Part shown: positions 41,246-54,442 of the stretch, piece by piece
Layout: each line of letters opens with the position of its first letter
Numbering within the stretch: the first letter of the stretch is position 1
From: Octopus vulgaris
Taxonomy: Eukaryota
DNA length: 64,000 nucleotides
Direction: 5' to 3'
NCBI GenBank assembly: GCA_951406725.2
Contig: OX597827.1
Coordinates: 47,802,001-47,866,000 of the forward strand
Position numbers and translations under genes: made by a program
The notes under the pieces: model-generated
Databases searched by the model: none
Told to the model about the DNA's origin: nothing
Seen by the model: only the letters and a program-made list of their open reading frames with translations

Positions 41246-41633
41246 AAATGAAATGGAGCAACAATTAACAATTAGAAGTTGATCATTACTTTTAAAAGGT
41301 CATAGTTTAATTGTAGTTCAAGAAAATTTACAGCTGTTTTAGTTTGTTCTTTCGAAGTAAATTTGCATTTATCTCGTTCCATTTAATAAAACATCGTCAT
41401 AATCATTTAGAGTTTATCGTAGGAATATAGATAGGAGGAAAATGGAAATGAAAAGAAAGAAGAAAAATGGAAGAAAGGAAAAAGTTTGTTCAGTCTTTAG
41501 GCTTACATATTTATGCCCTCTTTGGTTCCACGTGTGTGTACGTTTCTTCAATTAGATGAATTCAGCCGTAAGTGGAAAAATGACTAGTTTATATATATAT
41601 ACATGTGTATGTGTGTGTATCTATGTGTGTATG

Positions 41634-41664
<31 letters not shown>

Positions 41665-41704
41665 GTATGTATGTATATACGTATGTTTGTGTTGTGTGTG
41701 TTTG

Positions 41705-41945
41705 TCTGTGCGTGTTGTGTTCTTGAGCAAGACACTTTATTTCACGTTGCTCCAGTTTACTCAGCTGTAGAAATGAGTTGTGACATCACAGGTGCCAAGC
41801 TGTATCGGCGTTTTCCTTTCCCTTGGATAACATCGGTCGCATGGAGAGGGGAGGCTGGCATGCATGGGCGACTGCTGGTCTTTTATAAACAACCTTGCCC
41901 GGACTTGTTCCTCAGAAAGTAATTTTTTAGGTGCAATCTCATGAC
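41705..41945 (+). mobile_element. SINE family D (CORE-like), headless copy
   Basis: gtgttcttgagcaagacactttatttcacgttgctccag.. matches 50305-50637. Confidence 0.85.
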
Positions 41946-42119
41946 TGGATAAAAGTTACGTTGAAGAGGCCACAGATAAACCACTCCATATTCGTTGCAT
42001 AGAAACTCTGAACTGAGTAATTCATAAAGATAATCCCCATAAATGACTTACAGATTAGGCTAGTATTTTTTCACAGTAGGACCTTCAGTCTTTTTCGAGT
42101 CGAGTAATGCGACACAACT

Positions 42120-42750
42120 TAGTATCACATAAAATATTATCACACTGAAATATCTCTAATTTACGACTGAAATGAACGTAGGACATTAATATTTGACAAC
42201 AACAAACTAGACAGGATTGTGAAAGAGATTTACAGTTAAAAGTATACAAGATTCAACGGCAGCAGCTGTTCGCAAGCCCCTCCCATCAATAACGGTTTGA
42301 GAAAATGAAGATAGCGAATTCGATACAGCGTACCTCAGATTTTTTGGACGACGTTTGTTTCACTGCGAACGCTGTGGTTAAATTTCAAGACAAAAGGGAT
42401 TATGCCATTTCACCAGAGAACACTTCTGAAGATGTCAGAACACATTTCAAATGATAGAATACAACTGGTGTCATGGTTTGGGATGCTGTTGCATCTGATG
42501 CTCCATCGTGTTCACTGAAGAAGAAGTGAAAAAGAATAGCAGAGTTTACTAGTAAATATTGTAAAGAGAGGTGTTACCTGGGTTGTCAGTCGCATCTGGA
42601 ATTTCATGACTTCATTTTATACAGATCTCCGAACTTAGAGCTAATTTAACGTAGATCCGGCAAAGAAGTCTCTCCGTTGATGTTTCATAACGTCAAGCTG
42701 GCCTCCGGAAGGTCTTGTATTAATTCTGTGGATTCTACTATATGGTCCAT
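42120..42750 (+). pseudogene. Degenerate Tc1/maT-like transposase, host of nested insertions
   Basis: VMVWDAVASD at ~42470, and tggcctccg..aattctgtggattctactatatggtcc, resembling WPP.SPDLNP.D..IWS, at ~42700-42750. The 5' boundary is approximate. Confidence 0.55.
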
Positions 42751-42754
42751 TGTT

Positions 42755-43137
42755 GGTGGTGCAATGGCCCAGTGGTTAGGACAGCGGAAACGTGGTCATA
42801 GGATGGCGGTTTCGATTCCCAGACTGGGCGTTGTGAATATTTATTGAGCGAAAACACCTAAAGCTCCATCAGGCTCCGACAGGGGGTGGTGGCGAACCCT
42901 ACTGTACTCTTTCACCACAACTTTCTCACAATCTTTATTCTTGTTTCTGTTGTACCTGAATTTCAAAGGGCGACCCTTCTCACAATTTATATCACGCTGA
43001 ATCTCCCTGAGAACTACGTTAAGGGTACACGTGTCTGTGGAGTGCTCAGCCACTTGCACGTTCATTTCAGGAGCATGCTGTTCCGTTGATCGAATCAACT
43101 GGAACCCTCATCGTCATAACCGACGGAGTGCCACAAT
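42755..43137 (+). mobile_element. tRNA-derived SINE family C (tail type 1)
   Basis: tggcccagtggttagg (A box), gtttcgattccc (B box), body shared with 46925-47233, tail gccacttgcacgtt..ggagtgccac. Confidence 0.85.
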
Positions 43138-43156
43138 AAGAGAGCGATCGATTATA

Positions 43157-44428
43157 TTAGTTTGTCAAGAAAGTTCTTGTGGATTTTAACCTTTAAATTC
43201 AGATGCACATATCTCCGCTCAATCAAATCTTTAATTACCGAAATAAACACCATCAGAATCAATACACTTTTGCCAATGCAAAACAAGTTTATTTATGCCA
43301 GTAGCGTAAAAATCCTGCGTTCTGGTGGTGATGAAGTTGTTGGCGCGTTTGGCATTATGTTGGTTTTTGAAGCATTTCTCACGCAGGAAGATGTCGACAT
43401 GCTTGAAAAAGTGGTAATCGGTAGGCGAGAGGTCTGGTGAGTATGACGGATGAGGCAGAGTTTCGTAGCCCAATTCGTTCAACTTCTGCAGAGTCAATTG
43501 TGCGACGTGCGGCCGAGCGTTGTCGTAGAGAGGAATTGGTCCTTTTCTATTGACCAATGCTGGCCGTTGTTGTCGGAGTTTCTCCTGCATTTCATCCATT
43601 TGCTGACAGTACTTCTCCATCGTAATGGTTTCGCCTGGATCCAAAAAGCTGTGATGGATGAGACCGGCCGCAGACAACCAAACATTCACTACGACCTCCT
43701 TTGGTGCAACTTTGGCTTCGTCGGCGTCCAACCTCTGAGCTGAGCATCACTGCTTACCGTGAGGAAGATTCTTTCCATCGCGAGTCACAATCCGGTCGAG
43801 AAACTGGTCGTTCTTGTGGCGTAAAAGAAGGGAAGACGACACTTCAAAACGGTAATTTTTATGGTTGTCGTTCAATTCGTGCGGCACCCATTTCTTATGT
43901 GTTTTTGTTTTGCAATCTATTTCAAGTGGTTGGAAATTGTCGTATACTTTACGTCTAATTCAGACGCCAGCTCTCGAACAGTTGTGTGTGAATTGGCTTC
44001 GACTAAGGCTCTTAGTTGATCGTTGTCGACATTCGATGGCCGACCACTACGCTTATCATCTTCAAGAATCTCGTCACCGCTACGAAATTTCTTGAACCAC
44101 CATTGTCCTGTATGTTCATGAGTGGTTCCTGGGCTAAACGCATTGTTGATATTGCGAGCTGTTTCAACAGCTGTTCGGCTTGGCTTGAACTGGAATAAGA
44201 AAATTGTGCGAATTTGCTTTTTGTCTATGTTGCATTCAACGTTCCGGGGAAAAAGGCCTAATTATTCAAAAAGAAAAAAAGTAACGCGATTAGATAGAGC
44301 GAAAAACGGGCTTCTTTTAAAATATATAAATAATATAATGTCAAAGTAATTTAACGACAATTAATTTGAAAATACATAATCTAAAACCAAAATTTAAAAT
44401 TCCGCAAGAAATTTTCTTGACAAAATAA
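43157..44428 (-). mobile_element. Full-length decayed Hsmar1-like (cecropia-type) mariner, 1272 bp
   Basis: TA|ttagtttgtcaagaaagttcttgtggattt ... ccgcaagaaattttcttgacaaaataa|TA. Transposase IDKKQIRTIFLFQFK..LEDDKRSGRPSNVDNDQLR..YDNARPH..PHPSYSPDLSPTDYHFFKH with stops and frameshifts. Confidence 0.95.
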
Positions 44429-44813
44429 TATCAAAGTGTGCCAAACCACAAAGAAAGTTTTAAGATGTCGTGTTCCAATTTGAACCAAGAGTTGAAAAAT
44501 GCGTGAACTCCAGGTGAGAAAAATGAAAAGCTGAAGGCTTATAGTGAAAACAAAGCGTCGGCATTTTGAGAGGTAATTATAAAATATTGTCAATAAATAT
44601 AATAATCCACTTGAAAACTTTCATTAACATAAATCCTAACTCGTTTTATTTTGTTTTCAAATCAATAACGGGTAAATTTGTATGATGCACCCGGAAAGTA
44701 TACATTGACAAGTACTTAACTAAATGCTCACACACAAACGCACACTCACAGCCAGGTACATAATATAAAGTGCATGTCTATAGATTTATAAGTTTATATA
44801 TGTGTATATATGC

Positions 44814-44814
<1 letters not shown>

Positions 44815-44891
<77 letters not shown>

Positions 44892-44926
44892 TTACCTATC
44901 TATCTATTTATCTATCTATCTGCCTG

Positions 44927-44995
<69 letters not shown>

Positions 44996-45016
44996 TTATT
45001 TATTTATCTATCTATC

Positions 45017-45059
<43 letters not shown>

Positions 45060-45175
45060 ATATCTATCTAGATATATTTCGTATCTATCTATCTATCTAT
45101 CGGTCAATCTATGTATCTATCTATTTATCGTATCTATCTATCTATCTATCTACCTATCTATCTGTCAATCTATCT
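44815..45175. repeat. Long (TCTA)n/(GATA)n microsatellite
   Basis: ~360 bp of imperfect TCTA units. Confidence 0.97.
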
Positions 45176-45646
45176 CTCCATAGACATACATACATACATA
45201 TAATGCACACATACATATTTTACTGAAATTTGTTCACAATTCATAGCATTCATTGGTATATGTAAAACAATGTGTGTATATATTTTTCTGTGTGTCAATG
45301 AATATATATATATATGTGTATGTATGTGTGTGTGTGTACATAAATATATATGTATATATGTGAGTGCGTGTTTTCTTAGAATTAATATTTTAGAGTCATA
45401 TATATATGTTAGTAAGGCAACCTGAAGGAAATCCATTTCATTATCAATGAATATTATTGATTCCCCATTTTTAGCAATATCGTGGGTGTATTTTACATTG
45501 AATGGCCGTAAGTAACAAATCCTGTTGTAGTTGTTTTATTGACATTGTTGGAGGTGTTCTGAATACGATACGTAGTAGCGTGACACGAGGTGATTATTTT
45601 GAATATTATGATTATCATTATACTTACATGTATGCATATATATATA

Positions 45647-45716
<70 letters not shown>

Positions 45717-45814
45717 TGTATGCATGTAAGAATATTTTCTCAAAATCAATATTTTATCGTCATATTTATGTATACATATGTATAACCATATACATACATA
45801 TATATATGTCTGTA

Positions 45815-45861
<47 letters not shown>

Positions 45862-45864
45862 TTA

Positions 45865-45984
45865 TATATAGAAGGAGCTTCTACAGGACTAGTACTGTTT
45901 CATTCAAGAGAAATCTTCAGGAAGCTTCCTGAAGATTTCTCTTGAATGAAACAGTACTAGTCCTGTAGAAGCTCCTTCTATATA
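45865..45984. repeat. Perfect 120-bp palindrome without spacer
   Basis: tatatagaaggagcttctacagg..cttcaggAAG|CTTcctgaag..cctgtagaagctccttctatata. Confidence 0.97.
45923..45973 (+). ncRNA. Type I hammerhead ribozyme motif (identical copy on the minus strand at 45876-45926)
   Basis: AGCTTC-CTGAAGA-tTTC tctt GAAt-GAAA-CAG tactagtc CTG-TA-GAAGCT. All three stems are present (U-U at the base of stem II); GUA site, predicted cut after 45967. Confidence 0.8.
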
Positions 45985-46056
45985 ATAAATTAATTTTACT
46001 CTGCTATGTATTGAGTACCTTACTTACTGTGGTTAACCCCGAATCAACCCGGGACC

Positions 46057-46091
<35 letters not shown>

Positions 46092-46924
46092 TTATATATA
46101 TATATATCTGTGTGTATATATATGTGTGTATAAATTCACACACTCAGACATGGCAGTCTTTAGCTACCACAGCGTTAGTATCATTGAGCATAACGGTAGA
46201 ATATTTGATCGGATTTTTGTTACCTAACGGATACATTATTTTACAGATTCTGTTGCACGCTTTTCCGTTGTGATTTCATTTACTACACTCATCATATTTT
46301 TTATGCAACTGTAGCATCGATGTAATACATTTCTGTGCAATAATGAGTGAATACAATTTATTGTATCAGTTAACAGATAAAGACTGATATGTTGCAAGTT
46401 GTTTATCCAAACACTCTACAGCCAACCGTCACTCTGAATTGTCTATAGCGGCACCTTTGTAGTGATGAGTCAAAAAGACATCCTTTGAACACCTTTGTCT
46501 TTGATTTAACTGAACCACCAGGATGTGACAACCGGAAGAAGGTAGAGATGAATCAGCTTCCGGTTGGTGTTAATTGTAGCTTAATAGACTGGATGCAACA
46601 TAAGCCAACTTCGTAGCTCAATGGTAAATGCGCTGCTTGAACCCGAAATTGAATTCATGAATTTATGACCTTATGATGAAGGGTCGAGCCGTCACATCCA
46701 ATAGGCAATAGACTACAGACATTCCCCGATGTTGTAAACAATTTGCTTTCTATAATCGTGCGTCTTATTTCATATAGATTTTCCAATCGTAGATATATTG
46801 GGTACGGTCTTTACCACATGTGATCCTAGGATTACCTGGAATGCATTTAATATGCATTTAATATGATGATATATAGTTTATACAGCCGTTTCATTAACAC
46901 AAACATCTGCCAATACTTAATTTC

Positions 46925-47233
46925 TTTTATTTATTTATGCGCTATTTACAAGCCTAGCCAGCGTCATGGGCCCAGTTTCCCGGTTTCTGTGGCGTATGTG
47001 TTCCCCCCAGCTGGACGGGACGCCAGTCCATCGCAGCGTTACTCAAGAAACAGGAAGAGAAAGTGAGAGAAAGTTGGGGCGAAAGAGTATAACGGGTTGC
47101 ACCAGCCCTGCCGGTGTCTCGTGGACTTTTAGGTGTTCCGCTCAATAAACACACACGCCCAGTCTGGGAATCGAAACTGCGATCCTCCGACCGCGAGTCC
47201 GTTGCCCTAACCACTGGGCTATTGTGCCTCCAC
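46925..47233 (-). mobile_element. SINE family C (tail type 2)
   Basis: Same head and body as 42755-42950, then ctgcgatggactggcgtcccgtccag..gcataaataaat. Confidence 0.85.
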
Positions 47234-47763
47234 AATACTTAATTGGGATGAATAATTAAATTCATTTGAAAAATATTCTTTCCTCGATGTCCAGGAATAA
47301 CTTGTTTAACATTTATGATGAAAACCCTTACTGCTCTCTCCTATTAACCAGTAGATAACACTTCTTTTTGAGTGAGAGTAACTGTAGCTTTTAGATTAAT
47401 TTAAATTTATCTAATTTTAATTAATTATATATCGCAATTACTAGAATTAAGGATGTTTATCCGCATTATTTACTTGTACTTAATGACAAGTAAATCCTGA
47501 AATATATAACTGGCTCTATAACAACGTTTAGACGACTATGTATATACATGGGAGATGGCCCCGCTTGGAATTACGGAAATGCGATGAGGTATTGATCTTA
47601 ATGCCCTGTGGTAGTTGAGTCCTTAATTACATGTGTCTACTGATTGATGTTCATAGACAATTATCTATATACACAGTAAGGTATTGAAATGGAATTTATG
47701 TCATATTTATGTGGGGATAATAGTTCATTTGTTGTCGATAATAAGCTATCATTAACTTCACAA

Positions 47764-47841
47764 TCTTCTTCTTCTTCTTCTTCTTCTTCTTCTTCTTCTT
47801 CTTCTTCTTCTTCTTCTTCTTCTTCTTCTTCTTCTTCTTCT
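47764..47841. repeat. (TTC)n microsatellite
   Basis: Pure trinucleotide tract of ~25 units. Confidence 0.98.
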
Positions 47842-47892
47842 GTTTCTTCTTCCTTTCTATGTATACAAACTACAGTTTATATACTGCATACC

Positions 47893-47975
47893 TATCATAC
47901 TGAGGAAATCCACTCCGCCCCAAAGTATTAGGTATTGAACCAGTATTTCCTTGGATGACACCATCCCTTCATGAG
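47893..47975 (+). ncRNA. Degenerate hammerhead motif
   Basis: tcata-CTGAGGA-a-ATCCA[...]TGGAT-GACA(for GAAA)..atgag. The core and stem III are mutated. Confidence 0.35.
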
Positions 47976-47977
47976 GC

Positions 47978-48028
<51 letters not shown>

Positions 48029-48379
48029 AAATTCAAAATGCGATAAAATAAAATTAATTATTATCGCTGGTATATATATATTCGGATAATGTATTTAGAA
48101 GTTTTGTTGTTGGTTCATGTTGTTTTATATGAAAGAATGAAGAATTTTTTCCTCAAGATATTTTATAAGTATTTTACAATAACATTGGTGGACAGTTGAG
48201 CCAAAGAGTCAATAGCTTTACGACATGTCTTTGATCTCTCTTGTAAATTGACGGGCATGGAGGTTCGATCTAATTATCATTGCCTGTTGCATGATGAGCG
48301 AGTTCAAATTCCAACTTCGAGACATGAACATTTCTCACAAAGGGGTTGACTGTAAGCTGAAGTGCGAAAATCTACTGGT

Positions 48380-48720
48380 ATTCAGCTGGTGGTGATGGTG
48401 ACGGTGGTGGTGTTGGCGGCAGTAGAATTGATGAACATGATGATGAGGAAAAGAATCAAGATGACGACGTAGACGACGACGACAAAGATGATGATGATGA
48501 TGATGGTGGTGGCGAAATTGGTGGTGATGGTGATGAAAATGGTGCTGGTGGTTGTGGTAGAGATGACAGTGTTTGTCTAGATATTTGGTATGTTGGTGAT
48601 GAAACTGGTAATGATGGTGATGTTGTCGAGGAAGGTGAAGCTGGTGGCAGTTGTGGCGACGTTGCAGATAATGATAGTGATGTTGATGAAAATATTGAAG
48701 AACATTAGAGCTATGATACA
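48380..48720. repeat. Degenerate (GAT/GGT)n low-complexity tract
   Basis: Mixed tga/tgg/cga triplets. Confidence 0.85.
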
Positions 48721-49093
48721 TACTGCGAAGAAAGTAAAAAAAAAAAATAATTAAATGAAATCATACCAAATATGACATTTACAAAATGGTTGCGTAACAT
48801 AAAAATGCAATTGTTAATATATATATGTTATATTACAAAAATATTTGAGTATATTGTATGTAAATTATATATAAGTCAATTATCGAAATTAAGTTGATTT
48901 TACAGCTATCTTCGGGTAGTGGTATATGCAGTAACATCAACCTAAATAGAAACGTTACAAATTTTACAAAATACTCGTACATATACACATATACACACAC
49001 AAACACAATCTCTATCAGACAAACACACGCACGCAAGCTTAATATCATACACACACATATACACACATGCAGGTATATGTATAATCGTATATT

Positions 49094-49125
<32 letters not shown>

Positions 49126-49299
49126 CATGCACATATATGTATATGTGTATATACTATATATAGGTATTTTCATATACGTGTGCATGTATATATATATATA
49201 TATATATAATATAAATATATATATCTGAATATATATATATAATATTTATATGTACATATATATCTATCTCTTTCGGTCTCTATCTAACTATGAATCTAT

Positions 49300-49349
<50 letters not shown>

Positions 49350-49352
49350 ATA

Positions 49353-49425
<73 letters not shown>

Positions 49426-49829
49426 ATGTCTCTGTGTGTATGCGTGTGTGTGTGTATGTATGCAAATGTGTAGTTTATTATGCATATTTAGTTATCAAAA
49501 TATATTTATGCTGAAAGCATCAATATACCCTAACAGCCGTGTATCTATAAACATATCCATTTACTAATATAATTATAAATACGCTGCCGTAAATCAAAAC
49601 CCCATAAAACATGTGAAGTTGTGATCTACCTTATTACTTGAAGCATAAACTGTACATAGACATACATAGGCAAACGTATTGACATTTAAAGGCAGTTAGA
49701 CATAACATATTTATATATAAACTAGATATACATTACAAATATATAAATATATATATTATTTTTATACATACATATGTATCTGTGTATATATATATATATA
49801 TATATTATGTTTTAAAGATACACTAAATA

Positions 49830-49881
<52 letters not shown>

Positions 49882-50241
49882 TATAGTATATATTTATTTT
49901 AAACATACAATAAATATACATAATACGCACATATAATGATAGTGATGTGAACACAAAGAAATAAATATAGATGTATATTTATGTTCAATGATATAGGGAT
50001 GTGTACATATAGAGGCACACAGAATCACACAGTTAAATATATTTATATATTCGTACAAAGATATTCACGCATAAATTTCGTATATCATATATGGTTATGA
50101 TCACAGAAGCACGTACGTTGGTTTATGAACGTTACTTTAAAAATATAAAATTTCTTATACAGTTACGTTTGCAAATTGCTGTATAATAATATTAATAGTG
50201 AAATAATTATACGAATATACAAGCATACGTATATACATATG

Positions 50242-50304
<63 letters not shown>

Positions 50305-50310
<6 letters not shown>

Positions 50311-50637
50311 GGTAAAGACCCCCTTCGGTCATGAATGACCATGAGATTGCACCTAGAAAGTTACCCTCCTAGACACAAGTCTGGGCAAGGTTTTATGGAA
50401 GGCCAGCAGTCGCCCATGCATACCAGCCTCCCCTCTCCACGCCACCAGTGTTATCCAAGGGAAAGACAAAGGTCGATACAGCTTGGCACCAGTGACGTCG
50501 CAACTCATTTCTACAGCTGAGTGAACTGGAGCAACGTGAAATAAAGTGCTTTGCTCGAGAACACAACACGCAGCCCGGTCCGGGATTCGAGCTCACAACC
50601 TCACGATCGTAAGCTCGACGCTCTAACCACTGAGCCA
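50305..50637 (-). mobile_element. tRNA-derived CORE-like SINE family D, near full length
   Basis: tggctcagtggttagagc (A box), gagctcgaatccc (B box), gtgttctcgagcaaagcacttt (CORE-like), tail ..gggggtctttacccttt. Embedded in (TA)n. Confidence 0.85.
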
Positions 50638-50677
50638 TATATATATATATACATATATGTGTGTGTGTGTGTATGTA

Positions 50678-50761
<84 letters not shown>

Positions 50762-50799
50762 CACGCACACACATTATTATTCTATTATTTATATATATT

Positions 50800-51030
50800 T
50801 ACTCTTTTACTCTTTTCAGTCATTTGACAGTGGTCATGCTGGAGCACCACCTTTAGTGGAGAAAATCGACCTCACCACTTTGTAAGCCTAGTAGTTATTC
50901 TATTGGGCTCTTTTTTCCGAACCGCTATGCTACGGGGACGTAAACACACTAGCATCGGTGTCAAGCGATGTTGGGGGGGGGGGGGCAAACACAGACACAC
51001 AAAGGCACACACACGCACACACATACACAC

Positions 51031-51078
<48 letters not shown>

Positions 51079-51241
51079 GACGGACTACTTTCAGTTTCCG
51101 TCTACCAAATTCACTCACAACGCTTTGGTCGGCCCGAAGCTGTAGTAGAAGACACTTGCCCAAGGTGCCACGCAGTGGGACTGAACCTGGAACCATGACG
51201 TTCGTAAGCAAGCTACTTACTTCATAACCAATCCTACGCCT
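50800..51241 (-). mobile_element. SINE family A, full length
   Basis: Family A body with an expanded internal (TA)n/(CA)n tract and G run. Confidence 0.9.
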
Positions 51242-51687
51242 ACGTTTTTGTATCTGATTTGCGAGATTCTGTATCTGAATTCGTGTGTTGAAGCATATTT
51301 TATTGGGCAGTACCTTTTAGTACCTTGTTAATTTAACACACTCACCGGTCTGATTTCTACTCACTTACTTATTATATTTTGTTACGACTTGCAACATTTT
51401 TTATGTGTCGTTGTTTCTGTCCTTTACCGGAATTGCGTTCTATCTTGATTTCGAACGCATGCGTGTGCGTCGGTCTGCATATGCGTGTATGTATGCATGA
51501 ATATATATGCATACACATATGTATGTGTGCACATTTTTATGTATATGTGTGTATGTGTGTTTGCATAGATACATGTGTATGCATGCGTGCACAGTTGTAT
51601 GTATGCACGCGTGTATGTATGTATGTATTATGTATGTATATATGCTTGTAAGTGTGCCCATCGGTCCGTATACGTAACCACGCACGT

Positions 51688-51756
<69 letters not shown>

Positions 51757-52118
51757 CATGCACACACAAATACACATATACATACATACACACTCACAGA
51801 CACACACACAAACGCATATATTTGCATGCATACATATACGACAGACAGATATACAGACACACACGCGCACACACATATATACAAGCGTACGCACATGCAT
51901 ACATACATATGTGGATGTGCACGCACGCTGACACATATGCATGCGTACAAAAAGAAAAAAGAAAGAATTTCCGATTAGGGACAGAATCAATGGGTATTGA
52001 AAAGTTTGAAAGTCGCATCGAAAATTTGAGTAAATGAGTAGAAATTAGACCAGTGAATGTGTTAAATTAACAACGCATGAAAAGAGAAATATATATGTAT
52101 AATTTCCTTCTGTGGTAT

Positions 52119-52825
52119 TTACGATGGAGAAGTACTGTCAGCAAATGGATGAAATGCAGGAGAAACTCCGAGAACAACGGCCAGCATTGGTCAATAGAAA
52201 AGGACCAATTCTTCTCTACGACAACGCTCGGCCGCACGTCGCACAACTGACTCTTCAGAAGTTGAACGAATTGGGCTACGGAACTCTGCCTCATCCGTCA
52301 TACTCACCAGACCTCTCGCCTACCGATTACCACTTTTTCAAGCATGTCGACATCTTCCTGCGTGAGAAATGCTTCAAAAACCAACATAATGCCAAACACG
52401 CCAACAACTTCATCACAACCAGAACGCAGGATTTTTACGCTACTGGCATAAATAAACTTGTTTTGCATTGGCAAAGTGTATTTATTCTGAGGGTGTTTAT
52501 TTCGGTAATTAAAGATTTGATTGAGCCGAGATATGTGCATCTGAATTTAAAGGTTAAAATCCACAAGAACTTTCTTGACAAACTAATATAATCCATCGCT
52601 GTCTTATATGGACCATTGTGGCACTCCGTCGGTTATGACAATGATGGTTCCAGTTGATTCGATCAACGGAACAGCATTCTCCTGAAATGAACGTGCAAGT
52701 GGCTGAGCACTCCACAGACACGTCAACCCTTAACGTAGTTCTCAGGGAGATTCAGCGTGATATAAATTGTGAGAAGGGTGGCCCTTTGAAATTCAGGTAC
52801 AACAGAAACAAGAATAAAGATTGTG
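52119..52825 (+). repeat. Inverted duplicate of 42927-43625 (mariner 3' half with TIR, spacer and SINE C 3' half)
   Basis: ORF 52112-52591 is almost identical to 43231-43731. Identity continues past the TIR through the spacer into SINE C. Confidence 0.95.
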
Positions 52826-53052
52826 TGCCCATCGGTCCGTATACGTAACCACGCACGCACATATATATACATACATGCACACACACAGACACATATACAT
52901 ACATACACACTCACAGACACACACACAAACGCATATATTTGCATGCATACATATACGACAGACAGATATACAGACACACACGCGCACACACATACATAGA
53001 AGCGTACGCACATGCATACATACATATGTGGATGTCCACGCACGCTGACACA
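52823..53052 (+). repeat. Direct duplicate of 51652-51935
   Basis: gtgtgcccatcggtccgtatacgtaaccacgcacg..gtggatgt..cacgctgacaca in both copies; microsatellite lengths differ. Confidence 0.92.
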
Positions 53053-53074
53053 CACATATATATATATATATAAA

Positions 53075-53123
<49 letters not shown>

Positions 53124-53571
53124 ATGGCTGTATATATTCGTACATCGTTTATCAAAGCAATAACATTTAAGATACCGGTACTTTGTTTCAGAAATTCTTA
53201 GTGCACTGCGGTAGTGAGATGTGCACAAACTGCAGAATTTGAACTGATGTTAAAAGGATTTCGAAAAAGAGAAAATGAAATCAAATTGTAATCCGTATAG
53301 AAATCTTTATTATAAATCGCAACAACAAGCGATAAACAACATCAACAAAATAATAAAACAACAACTCTAAATAAATTACGGAATATACCGAAATACCCGA
53401 GATATACCTGACAATGTTAAATGCATTGGAGTAAAGTATAATATTCTTTATATGATATAATTTTAAATGCACTTACTGCATCATTCCTTTTGTAAAATAT
53501 TTACATAAGAATACTATGAAATTCGGGGAAACATGCGATTGCATCTGGGAACAAAGAGACAGCGATATAAA

Positions 53572-53664
<93 letters not shown>

Positions 53665-53991
53665 GTATGTATGCATATGTATATATATATATATATGCAT
53701 GAATATAAACATGCACATAAACATTTATAAGGAAGCTGCTGGGTACATATGCGTTCCCTGTGCGTAAGAAAAAGCATCATAGGATGCAGAGATAAAGTAA
53801 CGTTAGAGCGGTTTCAGCAAGAGCTTTGTTGCTGAGTTTATCTGTGTCCTAATACATAATATTGATGAAGGAATGTATTCGTTATAAATGAGTAGATATG
53901 CTTACATTAAAACATTGATGAATAAGAAAGTTTTTATATCAATCGATACGAAAGTTTTATTTTGTATCCTAAGAGATATGAATTGCATTCT

Positions 53992-54053
<62 letters not shown>

Positions 54054-54075
54054 GTCTATCTGTCTATCTATCTAG

Positions 54076-54135
<60 letters not shown>

Positions 54136-54371
54136 ATAAAGATATATATATCTCTGTCAGTCTGTCTACCCATCTGTCTGTTTCTTTTGCACCAGAACCT
54201 GGATTTGTGAATATGTCTCTATTGAATGTTCCATAAATTTCATGAATACACTTAATAAATGTTTTGACAAGAATGTAGAAATATATTTGCGTATGAATGT
54301 ATATATGAACGTATGCATATAGTTATGCATATATATGTATCTCTCTTCCATTCTTTCTCTCTCTCTCTCTC

Positions 54372-54408
<37 letters not shown>

Positions 54409-54442
54409 GTAAAATAATATGTGACGATTATTCAATAGCCAA

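Noticed and set aside
41320-41405. Eroded hammerhead (minus strand AAAA-CAGCTG-TA; similar motif near 2030)
   Set aside because: Both core halves are mutated and the stems are unconvincing; too degenerate to call.
43231-43731. Host SETMAR gene
   Set aside because: No SET domain; bounded by TIRs and TA, with stops and frameshifts. It is a dead mariner.
46605-46700. tRNA gene (tagctcaatggt A-box-like)
   Set aside because: No convincing acceptor stem, T-loop or cloverleaf; at most a decayed tRNA or SINE head.
48335-48721. His-rich 128-aa ORF
   Set aside because: Antisense reading of a degenerate (GAT/GGT)n tract, with no domain or splice evidence.
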